Source: Nymphaea colorata
Taxonomy: Eukaryota
DNA length: 64,000 nt
Direction: 5' to 3'
Assembly: GCF_008831285.2 (NCBI RefSeq)
Contig: NC_045138.2
Location: 2,480,001-2,544,000 of the forward strand
Under the pieces are notes generated by a model, which had not been told where the DNA came from, did no database searches, and saw nothing but the letters and a program-made list of their open reading frames with translations. The position numbers and the translations under genes are program-made. Shown piece after piece: positions 53,529-64,000 of this stretch. The first letter of the stretch is position 1. Each line of letters begins with the position of its first letter.

Positions 53529-56500
53529 AAGCTTGTTTCTTAGGCTAATCTTTCCAACCATCTTTATCACAATAATGGCTTCCTGCCAATTTGCATCAAA
53601 CTATGAAAGTAGTTCTACTATGCACAGCAACTGCATGTAGAGTTCCCATTTTGTCTCATGACTTGCACACATGAAACTTCTTATAACAACTAAAAGCTAG
53701 ACATACCATTAGAACATTTAACAAAACCAGAGTTGAGGGTACTACAAAATTAACCACCATTGATCTGATAAACAAGCTATTTGACATCAAAATAAAAGTT
53801 CTCCACTGTCATGGACCAAATTGAACCTTTTACCAATTGCATTGGATTTGATGCTTCAATAGGTCCATTTTTAATATCATCAATGATCAAAAGGCATAAT
53901 ACCAAATTGAACTTGGAGAAGAAATTTGAATGCTCAACAACAGATAATGACATAACATCCCATCACAAAGCATGGCAATGTATGATGCAGTAGGCATGCA
54001 AATTGTGGACAGCAAGATCAAATAGTTATAATTGAATAATAGAATGTAACAGGGGAAAGAACACATAATGATGGTCATTGGAGAAATAGCTGCAGAAAAA
54101 CTTCAAACTGTGACTGGTGAGACTATTTTTCCAACGACCAGAAAGAGTAACCCAAACCATAATTAGTAACACTTTGGTGAATCAATACAACAATTAGTAA
54201 ACCAAGCCGTCTACCGAAGCAAATTTGTGCTATAAGTTTAGAAAAACTCACCACTCTCATAAATAGAGATTCCAGTGTTTGGATCAATGAGGAAAGGAAA
54301 CCTGCATCAAAATTCATGAAAAATGAAAAGTGATCTTGTGCATTTCTTTGTCGCAATAGAAGAAATGAGAAGCAAGAACAATTAGATGCAAAATAATTGA
54401 ATGTCAAGTTGGATTGGTCTCTGATGTTGGCATGTTTTGAATGCATTAAACTGGTTCATCTTTTAAGGCTTTTTACACTCACTGCAAACCCACAACATAC
54501 TCACTGTTCTTTTCCTCCAAGTTTCGTAACCATTTCACGGTGCCTTGAGGAGCCTTTAGGACAGGGATAGACCTGTACAATTTTCAATGAACTTGTTATA
54601 ATAAAAAAATACAATACCTCCTGTTGAAGATAACGTGGAAAGATTATGATGATGAGCAGATCTTAAAATGTGCTACAACTAGCAATAGCTGACACATAAC
54701 ATAAATGGAACATGAATAACCAGCGATTCTCTAAACTTGTATGACAGGTTGTTTTTTAATTGATTTGATTAATTCCCTTAACCATAGCACAACAGACAGA
54801 ACTACCTTTTCCTTTCTGTAAGTTATTATGACTGAGCAAGTATGTTTCAGAAAAGAGAGAACCGAAAGGGGCAGTGCCATATGGACACCATTGCCAAATT
54901 ATGATGCTTTCAGAAATCGATCTGGAGAAAAGAAGTTTCTTAAGTACAACTACTTCCACATAGTTTTATCTGTAAACATGACCCCGTTATCATGAAAATA
55001 CCAAGGGAAAAGAATTCTACCGAAGATGGTGAAAGACAATAACATCTTCAGCCTTTGATTTCTGAAGATAAGGACATCTAGAAGTTATACTTTCTCCAGT
55101 TCTCTTTTCAGCCAATGAATGATGCAGTGAAATGAAATTTATTTCCCAAGAAGATCTAGCTCTTTGAGGGATTGCCAAAAGCATTGGATTTTTTTTTATA
55201 TAAGCATTTGAAAGGATTTGACAAGAGAGAATTCTCTTCCTTCCTTATGTGCGATATGTGATTCTCCAGCAAAAACACGTGAACACAGACAAAGTTACAG
55301 ACATACTCATGTAGAATTTAGAGAGACACATAAATGTGTATGAAAGTACCACTAGCATGATCAAGAGAGCAAGACATTGGATCCAAAAACTCAGTAAGAG
55401 TTAGGCCTACCCTACGACTTCACAAAAGCTTGTCAATAAATCAGAATTAAGTGAGAAGTTCAGTTGTTGAGTGCAGTTGTTAATGAAGCAAAAAACCATT
55501 TACCTACTTGTGTTAGTAGTGTTCTGCATAGAAAACAATCTGGAGCCTAAATATGAATAATAGAAAACACACTTGAGTCCAACAGTAACTATAAGATGCA
55601 ATCTAGTTTTTTCCTTTTGCAGAAAAACTTGGAATTCTGCTACTTAACATTGCCAATGTAGTCAGATAGTTGATCTTCACCTCTAAAGAAAGATCAAGCT
55701 CAGTAGATGCCTCTCGAACTCTTCTACAAAAAGGGCATGCCTCTGGCCACAAACAACTTCAACAACTCAATTTGCAAGTCACCGCAATCAAAAATCAAAC
55801 TTATATCAAGGATCCAAATATTGGAAACGCTATAGGAACTTTCTCTGGTGTATCTCAATCATAGAATCCATGTGGTAGGTGGGACCAGATAGAAGCATAA
55901 GGAAAAATATATAATAGACTAATCTAAGGTTGTGATCAGAGTGCCCGCTCTACCTCCCTCATGCTAACTGAGATTCACATGCATGGCTTCCAATAACTAT
56001 TTTTACGAGCTTTTAGAAGACTCATACCAAATTCATAGAGCTGCAACCTTTCAGGAGGCTTTCTTTCACTGCTTCCAGCCTCTTGTTGGTTCAACTTGCT
56101 TGGTATTAATGACTTTGATCCCCATGGAAGTCTTGCAACAGAAGCCAGGGAAGATGAAGCCACCTATGGAATATGAATGACCATTCATTAACCATAATCA
56201 AAACACTTAGACCTTTAGATTAGCTAGGCTATTTTTGATATGTTCAGAAAGAACAAGAATACACAACCTGCCAGCATCAGAAACACAATATGCCAAGGTT
56301 CATTACTTCATCGTAAGACTTGTCAACAGCAGTCGTTTGGCCAGAACCAACCCCTACCAAATCCTGTCAAATCCACTTTTGGTGATAAAGAAGGAAGTCC
56401 ACTTAATGTTTAGGCAAGCTAAGATGGTCTAATTAATATATAGAGCTTATATGATTTAGGTCATTTCATAAAAAAACCCAGATTCAACCAACCCCTACCA

Positions 56501-58079
56501 AATCCTGTCAAATCCACTTTTGGTGATAAAGAAGGATGTCCATTTATTGTCTAGGCAAGCTAAGGTGGTCTAATTAATATATAGAGATGATATGGTTTAG
56601 GTCATTTCATATAAAAAACCCAGATTCAACCTGGATCCCAATTAAGGTCTGCAATCAGTACCAGTATTCAGACTTGGTGCAAATCCAAGGTTGACAGTTG
56701 ACACCGTAAATCATCATTGGAGAACTTCACTATCTTCAAGTGGCAGATGTACGTAGGATATAGCAAAATGCCGTTACGATCTTCCAATTAATGAGGATAC
56801 CCACGCTATGCATTTACGATACTATGGCCGTAACGTTCTCTAAAGGTTTTTCATCCTCCTTTGGGGGTATGGAATGGATCTGTATGCACAAAGGCTACCT
56901 GATGGTCTTTGCGCCTGAACAATTTTTTTGCAGCTTTTGTCGGAAATTGCAATTTCATATTCAGAACCATGGTTTCGCTGAAACCGTGAGGTTGCAACAG
57001 GACTTTAACACGGTAGTCTTGAGATTAATAGTACAATCTGCATAAATAATTAAATAATATGTTACTGGACTTGGCAGATTCATCGATAGAATACCTCTAA
57101 TAACTCATTCCGTGGTTGAGTAGGATCGCCTCCCTGTTATTACATGTGAAACACAAGAAATGCAATAGGGTTAGGAACATCATGTCTCGTGGCAAAAAGA
57201 AAACTAGAAAGCTTCAATATTTCATGTAGGTTTAGCTTCAATTGTCTAGAAACCAACAGTCGCTCTCTGATTTCACTTTTCAAGTACACACTGAGAAATA
57301 TCGGCAAACAAAGTAATTTGGCTGGAAGAATTAACAAGAGTAAAATCTCTAGCTCCAGAAAGGTCATGAAGAATGCCAAGTATGCGCTAATGATGAGCAT
57401 AAAGAATGAATTGAGCGCAATGCTAATATTGAAAACAAGAGGGAGAGAAAAGGAGGAGGAGAAACAAATAAGTCCGGGAATGTGGATAATAGTTAACGGA
57501 AGTATCTGGCAGGACCAAGCGACCAGCAGCACCAATTTGCCAAAGAAGAATATATGTCGTCACCGATGCAGGGCATACAGATAGATATTGCCAGAGAAAG
57601 AATTACATATAAACACGTAGAATTCAGAAACAGAGTAAATTAAAGTAGTTAGCAAGTTGGTATTACTGCAATACAGCGCTAACATATAAAGATATCAGAG
57701 GGAAAAAAAAAGGACTTACACCCAAGAGATTGAGCAAAGGACAGAGAACGGCCAAGAAACTGTTTGATTGGCCTCTTCCATTGGCATCAGAAGATTGTGT
57801 ACCGACACCGGTGGCGCTACCTATTTGGGCTGAATCAGCACAATCTGCCTCTTCATGAACAGATTTTGCCGCCCTCGGGCTGCCCATCTCAGCATACCTC
57901 TTCCTAGTGGCGGGAAATCTGAGGCACCCAAGTGAAGAGCTAAGGTTGAAGGAAGGATTGGCACATCTGTTGGAGGATAGTTTCAGGGGCTGACTCGGTT
58001 GAGCCCTCGCTCTGCGATTTACGTGGCCACCATTGGAGGGGTGGACTAGCTTGAAGGATGACATTGTGTGCAGCATCAT
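51630..58079 (-). CDS. Plastid-type protein with tandem glutaredoxin/GST N-terminal (thioredoxin-fold) domains (At4g10000-like), 10 exons, ~371 aa
   Basis: Exons 58079-57720, 57133-57095, 56163-56028, 55742-55681, 54572-54505, 54301-54252, 53038-52969, 52532-52409, 52012-51896, 51719-51630; 1116 nt in frame. Domain 1 LYEFEACPFCRRVRE..QFPFLIDPN; domain 2 LFSYENNPYARIVRE..VPYLIDPN. Ser/Arg-rich transit-peptide-like N-terminus. Start codon ambiguous (58115/58079/58076). Confidence 0.9.
56345..56631. repeat. ~141-bp tandem duplication in intron 2 of the glutaredoxin-like gene
   Basis: AACCAACCCCTACCAAATCCTGTCAAATCCACTTTTGGTGATAAAGAAGG... starts at 56345 and 56486, with a handful of substitutions between copies. 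Confidence 0.9.
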
Positions 58080-60313
58080 TAGCGTATCACAGTGCCACGA
58101 GGCGCAGATTATCATTTTGTTGCTGCTTTTAGAACTTTTGAACAATTATCCATGATTCGACAGAAGAAAAAAATTATAAACAAAGATTTTCTTTTTCTTT
58201 TTTTTTTTAATTGATTCCGGCGATTGAAATCCATCTCCGACTTATGACAGGTCCATCCTTCTTTATTCATTCAACTGTTTCAAATTAACGCCTTCTTTTT
58301 GTTCAATCCCAATTTCTTTAAAGCATGCTCGTCTCTATTAATGAAGAATTGGGTTGGGTTTTTTGGAGATTCAAGGATTTGTCCTTTCTTTCCCTTTCGG
58401 TGGTTGGCGAAAGAAGGTGACAAAATTTAGCAAGGAACCACCGATTTACCAATCTCATTAACCACATCATTTACCGCCGCCAAAACTTTATATGGATTGC
58501 TTCTTTCGCTTCTTTCCCCGCTACCAGTGATGATTAAAAATATGTATTAAGTGAAAAAAAGAAAAACATTGCAATAAAAAGGTTTGACTATTGGCTTTTG
58601 AACCAGTGGATACTGAGCCAACATGATTTTAACAAATCAAGTGGCGGAAAAATAGGGGAATGAAAGTTGAAACCAAGAGCAGGTTATTGCTGAAGCAGTT
58701 CACTTTCAAATATAACATGTATCTTCCTTCCATTCCATTCTGCCAGTACTCCCACTTTTTTTTGGGTACTCATCAGGGAAAAAACTTCACAAATAACTGC
58801 TCATCGTTTGTCACAATTAATATCTCAATGTTTACAGAAGTACAACCACCTGATTGAGTAGAAAATAATTCACAAATGCATGCTTCAGGAATCAAGACTG
58901 TTAAAATATATTTGAAAATATTATTTTGCCCTTAATAGCAAAAGAATTTATTAAAAAACTTTCATAAACTACACTTTTTAAGTACATAATTTCATCTCTC
59001 TCTCGTTTATCTCTACAATCATACCTCCATTTCAATATCTATATATATCTGAAATGTAAATGTTACATTGGGGTCAATATCCATAATTGTTCTTTGTTTA
59101 TCAAGTAAGAAGCTACTTTGATCTTGGCTACCGCTTTAACACTAGGAAACCTTTTACTCGGGTTTGCAAGGGGGTGGGTGGAAGGGGATCAAATCCCCTT
59201 ATACATGTAGCCAAGAGGATGTCAGTAGATCTGATTTGAATTGGATGTGGCTATTATATATTAGGATATTTCTTAATTTGATTTGGAATCATAATTGATT
59301 CAGATATATAAAAATAAGAAAACCATATAATATATCCCAAAGAAGTGAATATGGTACCCAGCAAATTGTTTAATACGATTTCATGATTTAATATCTGCAA
59401 CTAGCCATCAACTTTGCGATGCATGTGAAATTCTTATTAAGTTCAACTTCTTGAATTCAGATTTGAATCATAGATACGATATATCTGAACCATTAATAGC
59501 TACGATTTCGAATTGAGTTGCATTTGTTCGAATTCTAAAGCATGTATCCTCAAAGTGTATTTATAACTGGAATGTTCTGTTCATATGATTCTTGTTAAAG
59601 ACGATGGCAGCCATGAATCTTGCTAGGTGTATCAGGCATCCTGCCAAAGATAAAAGAAGGAGATAACAAAAAAAAAAATGTTCTATCAAATTAACTTCTG
59701 GTCATATGCTTGCATTATGACTGACTTTAAAACACCAACTCATCCGGGTGAAATTTTGTTAATCAACTTTAAGTCTTCAACGGAAATTTTCAGTGTCGGT
59801 GTTACCTTTTGCCTGTAATTTCAACAAACCGATCGCCTTTTACAATTTTTTCTAATAAGGATCACAATTTAAATAAACTACCTGTCAAATAACGCCTGGC
59901 TTAAAGTAAACTATAATTAACTTGGAAAACAGAAAATATTGTTAGCTAAAATGTAAAAAACGTAATTTAATGATATTTGGTAGCACTGAACACAATATAT
60001 GTGGATTTGTTCTATTTTTCGGGATGGCAATTCACTTCAAGTCTTCATGTTTTAGGTGGCAGTTTTCATGAAGCAATGTAAACGTAATTAAGAAAATCAC
60101 AAGTAGTATTTTTTTTTTTGTTATTCAAAATATATTCGAAATTTTTGAAGAAAGAAATAACAAAAATGGGGCTTGCCCTACTGAGCGAGATGATTAGTGC
60201 CACCACACATGCGGGAATTTTAGCTCTTTTTCGTGGGTCAAAAGTTGTGTTGATACCTGGTGGTGAGATTGCCAAGTGCTTTAACTTGTGCATAGGACTC
60301 ATCCCTTTTTTAG

Positions 60314-60767
60314 TAAGGCTGTACAGGAGTTGAGTCGAGCCCGAGCTTATCTAGCTCGAGCTAGACTTGGCTCAAAAAACTTGAGCTCGGCTCGAAATTG
60401 AATCGAGTTCCTTATAGCAAGTTCGAGCTCGACTCGACTAAACAAAATCGAGCTTGAACTTGACTCATTTAACTCGTTTAAGCATTAGCTCATTTGACGT
60501 TAACTCATGTAACTGGTATAACTTGTAAAAATTTGTTTTTACTCTAAAAGTTAAAACCAGTGAGCCGATTTTGACAGTATTATATAGAGTATGGGTTTGC
60601 GAGTCAAGTCTTGTTCAAACGAATCGAGTTCTTAAAACTCAAACTTGACTCGTTTATCATTTCGAGTAACTTTGTAAAATCAAACTCGGCCCGTTTATAA
60701 ACGAGTCGAGCATTAACTGAGTTTTTTCGAGAAGCCCTGAGTTGGCTTGGCTCACCATGCAGCCCTA
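60314..60767. mobile_element. hAT-like MITE, family A
   Basis: Termini TAAGGCTGTACA / TGCAGCCCTA and a GAGCTCG-rich interior. No TSD recognisable. Confidence 0.65.
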
Positions 60768-61258
60768 CCTACTTTTCAGTAAAAAACATATCTACCAACA
60801 GCTGGACTAACCGCAAGCTGCCTAACTTGCCTTTGTCCGTTTGAGCTATGCTATGTCCATTCCGAGCAACAAAAAGTGTGGCTATGAGTATATTAGAACA
60901 CAAACTTAGGAATAGGCAAGTGAAAAAATTATAATAGCACCATTTCTGCTGTAATTGTTTAGTAATGAGAGAAAGAAAAAGGAGAAGGAGATGAAGGAGT
61001 GGCGTCTTTGTATGCACTTTGCATCATTACTTGAACAACAATTAGTTGGCCATATACTGTTAAAACATAAACAACTAAAATGAATGACCCACCACCCCCC
61101 AGTCCAGAAACCAGGCACCCATCAACAGAAATTTTTTGAGTGAATGCAAGAACTAGTGAAGACCATAGATCAGAGATTCAAGCCATGGATGAATTACATG
61201 ATAACTCCTAGCTAGCAGTGAGAGAGACAGAGCAACACCATCAATTTGGCCATAGAGT

Positions 61259-62215
61259 TCAAGATGATCTTCTCAAGGAAGCTACCACTGGTATGACTAT
61301 GATGACGATGACCACCGCACCGAGAGCAATGGCGATGCAGGTCCACTTCCTGGAGCTCTTCTGGTACTCCCTGGCCGTCTCCAGCTGAACAACGCCATTG
61401 GTCACGAAGGAGCTCGCATGGGCGACGTGTCTCTCTATGTCGTTGAGCTGCTGGCCCTGCGCCTCCACCAGAGCCGCCATGTCCAGGAAGATTTGGTGCA
61501 AGTCCAGCAGACCCCTCTCTATCTCCTTCACCGCGTCGTGCCGCTCTTGAATCTCAGAAATGGTGTCCATTATCTGTCCCCGGCCTTGCTGCTGTATGGC
61601 CTGCCGGAGAAAGTTCTCGCTCTCGCCGGTCTCGATCAGCCGCTCCACCGTCTGCTCGTCCGGCGCCTTGCCGGTAACGGTGAAGAAGCGCCGTTCGACG
61701 GTCTCGCGGTACTCAGCCGCCATCCGCACTCTCAGCCCCTGGAAGTCGTCCATGGTGTCCTTGAGCTTCCGGCCCAGGCCCCCCACAACGGACGTCCGGG
61801 TCCGGTCGGCGGAGCTGCCGGGACCGCAGCCGGGGATGTTGCGGTGGACGGCGTTAGATTTCTCGAGCGCGGTGATCTTGGCCTTGATGAGCTGCGCGAG
61901 CTTGAGCACCTTCTCCACGTCCGCATCCATCCGGCAGCGGAGATCCTTGATGGTGGCAGCGTCGTGGGCGCGTTTCGCTTCCTCGTTGGCGGCTTGCAGC
62001 TGCCGGTAGAGTTTCTCCATGGACTGCATGTCCTCCTTGACGTTCTCCACCACCTGGAAGAAGTGGTCGAGGTCAGCTCCGCCGTCGTCGTCACTGGCGG
62101 TGCCGCCTCCTGGGGCAGGGCCGACCACCCCGCCGCCAAACTCCAAGTCATGTTCTGCCTGCCTTTTCAGATCTGTGTATGAACGTTTGAAGGATCCGGA
62201 GATGAGGTCGTTCAT
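61259..62215 (-). CDS. SYP124: Qa-SNARE syntaxin, SYP124/SYP125-like, intronless CDS, 318 aa
   Basis: [48 protein letters not shown] (SNARE motif), [13 protein letters not shown] followed by a C-terminal transmembrane segment. ATG at 62215 (the ORF track starts at an upstream TTG). Confidence 0.93.
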   Translation of the reverse strand: MNDLISGSFKRSYTDLKRQAEHDLEFGGGVVGPAPGGGTASDDDGGADLDHFFQVVENVKEDMQSMEKLYRQLQAANEEAKRAHDAATIKDLRCRMDADVEKVLKLAQLIKAKITALEKSNAVHRNIPGCGPGSSADRTRTSVVGGLGRKLKDTMDDFQGLRVRMAAEYRETVERRFFTVTGKAPDEQTVERLIETGESENFLRQAIQQQGRGQIMDTISEIQERHDAVKEIERGLLDLHQIFLDMAALVEAQGQQLNDIERHVAHASSFVTNGVVQLETAREYQKSSRKWTCIAIALGAVVIVIIVIPVVASLRRSS

Positions 62216-63309
62216 CCTCAAATAATTCTCTCTCTCTCTTTCTCTCTCGTGGAAGTTTATGGTTGCTGCAATTTAAGGAGAGAAAAGCTCTGGATTGCTG
62301 CGACTTAAGGAGGGAGAAGCTGTAGCTCCCTCCCCATGAAAGTTTACGATTGCTGCGCTTCAACAAGGAATTAGAGACAGAAGCTCTCTCTACCTCTCTC
62401 TGATCAGACAAACTTGTATTGTATGGGATGACTAGGAATTGGGTTGTCAAGAGAGGAGAATAAGAAGTGGATGAAGGAAGAACCATGGCTCTGCAACCTG
62501 TATCTGATAATCTTTGTGAACAGAACATTCTATTGTGGTATCCACACCTTTTTCTAAACTAAAATTTATGATACAGATAGGATGATGGTCGTGCCCATCA
62601 TGTTATCTAGGATCTCCCCACATGTTGTGCTACTCCTATAAACAAGAGAGAGAGTCAAACTGTGCATTTTCCAATGAAATTTCCGGTTTTTTATGCAAAT
62701 GAAAGCAGTAGAGGAAAAGAAAGTTATAAAAAGTATAAAGATCATTCGCAATTGGTGTCTCTAACTCTATAATTTGATAAAACCCATTTAGACATAAGTT
62801 TTTTAGTAGTTTGACTTAAAAACCTATAATCTCAACTTGCTTTTATGCATTTGACTAAGTTATTTGACTTTAAAGCTTTAGATGAAAGGGCTGTAATTCA
62901 ATAATCAGAGTGTACGTTGCTTTGACTGAGGCCCAATAAGTGGAGGGACTTTCTAATGGGGGAGACAAAGGACAGATAGACTAAAGTCTCATACTGATGT
63001 AGAAGTTAAAAAAAGAAAATGATAGAAAAAAGTGTATGGGCAAGACATACAATAGTTGTGATTTCCCTCGCCCTCCGGGGAAAAGGAAACGGAAAAGAAC
63101 TTAAAAATCTATAATTAGAGCCTAAATATTTCAAAAGTATGACTTAAAAAATTTTCTATATATATATATATAGAAAATGACACTGTGCCTAATACCCACA
63201 ATAATCATAAGGACAATTACCATTATACACAAAAAACTGTAGGTCGAGAGAAATGTCAGAATAAACAGCCCAATTTAAGAGTGTATTTCTCTTTATAAAA
63301 CTATAAAAC

Positions 63310-63729
63310 TGTAACACCCAAAAAATTTAGTGTTAAAGATTGTGAGAAATTTTCAAAACTTGTAAAAGAGGTTATTAAATAGATGGTTGTTTTGGTTCCT
63401 AGTCTTTTTGGGATTGAAATTGAAACTGTTAGGGAACAGGGTATGATTCGCCGAATCAGGAGCTTAAAACCAAGAGTAGGTCAAGTTGTTATAGTGGTAT
63501 CATAATCGGTTTAACACTCGGACATAAGGTCTAACACACACGGATGCGTGTGCCTTAAGGAAGTGGATTTGTATATTGTGAGGGATCTTCAAATATTTAT
63601 AAAAAGGGTTATTAAATAATGATTATTCTGATTTTTAGCCTTTTTGAGGTTAGAGCCGAAACTGCTAGAGGGCAGTTTGAGATCCGCCGAATCAGAAGCT
63701 CGAGCTCAAGAGTGTGTCAGGTTATTACA
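63310..63729 (+). mobile_element. TRIM-like miniature LTR retrotransposon (420 bp), old
   Basis: 5' LTR 63310-63493 (TGTAACACCC..GTTATA); PBS TGGTATCA 63495-63502; ~75-bp internal region ending in purine-rich AAGGAAGTGGA; 3' LTR 63570-63729 (TGTA..GTTATTACA). TSD AAAAC at 63305-63309 and 63730-63734. LTRs share GGTTATTAAATA, GAAACTG.TAG and CGCCGAATCAG.AGCT. Confidence 0.8.
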
Positions 63730-64000
63730 AAAACACTTTACAAGAATGGGGCGAACACATAAACCCTAATGCAACTCAGGATCTTAGAGGCAAAGAGAAG
63801 GGCATTGCAACCTTTTTTTCAGATAGTGGGTTGTTAGACCTCAAATAAAATTCACATCAGACGTTATTATACCAAAAAAAAAAAATACTCGAACTGCTGC
63901 ATTCCAATAGCTCTGTAACCTCTCTTTCAAGAGTCATACTTACATGGAGCCTCCTGCAATTGCCGAGCAATCCTACAGGCAGATAAGGGACTGCTTATAA

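Noticed and set aside
61418..62182. 254-aa and 149-aa antisense ORFs over the syntaxin gene
   Set aside because: Expected shadow of a very GC3-rich coding strand; no recognisable motifs.

Overview
Plant (angiosperm) nuclear DNA: AT-rich, rich in MITEs and microsatellites, with GC3-rich exons in some genes. Seven intact protein-coding genes were reconstructed by hand from GT-AG splice sites, in this order: subgroup-I 12-oxophytodienoate reductase (+), AGL12/XAL1-type MADS-box gene (+), two convergent GDSL esterase/lipases (+/-), RabD1 GTPase (-), plastid-type double glutaredoxin/GST-N-domain protein (-), and intronless SYP124/125-type syntaxin (-). A young, structurally complete 4.94-kb Ty1/copia element sits about 1.9 kb downstream of AGL12. 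It has 369-bp LTRs differing at 1 site, a GTGAC target-site duplication, a PBS and a PPT. Its LTRs carry a 7x24-bp array rich in TGTCTC/TGTCNN and TGACT motifs, its pol frame reads through the 3' LTR and would translate that array, and one extra T at a TTT-TAA site splits gag-pol. Also present: an old 420-bp TRIM-like mini-retrotransposon with a TSD, several nested hAT/Tourist-like MITEs, an RY-motif minisatellite between the two GDSL 3' ends, a perfect 26-bp intronic palindrome in AGL12, candidate 3'-UTR introns, and a possible decayed COR27/28-like gene. No tRNA, rRNA or CRISPR features were recognised. Gene names come from recalled family motifs, not database searches.
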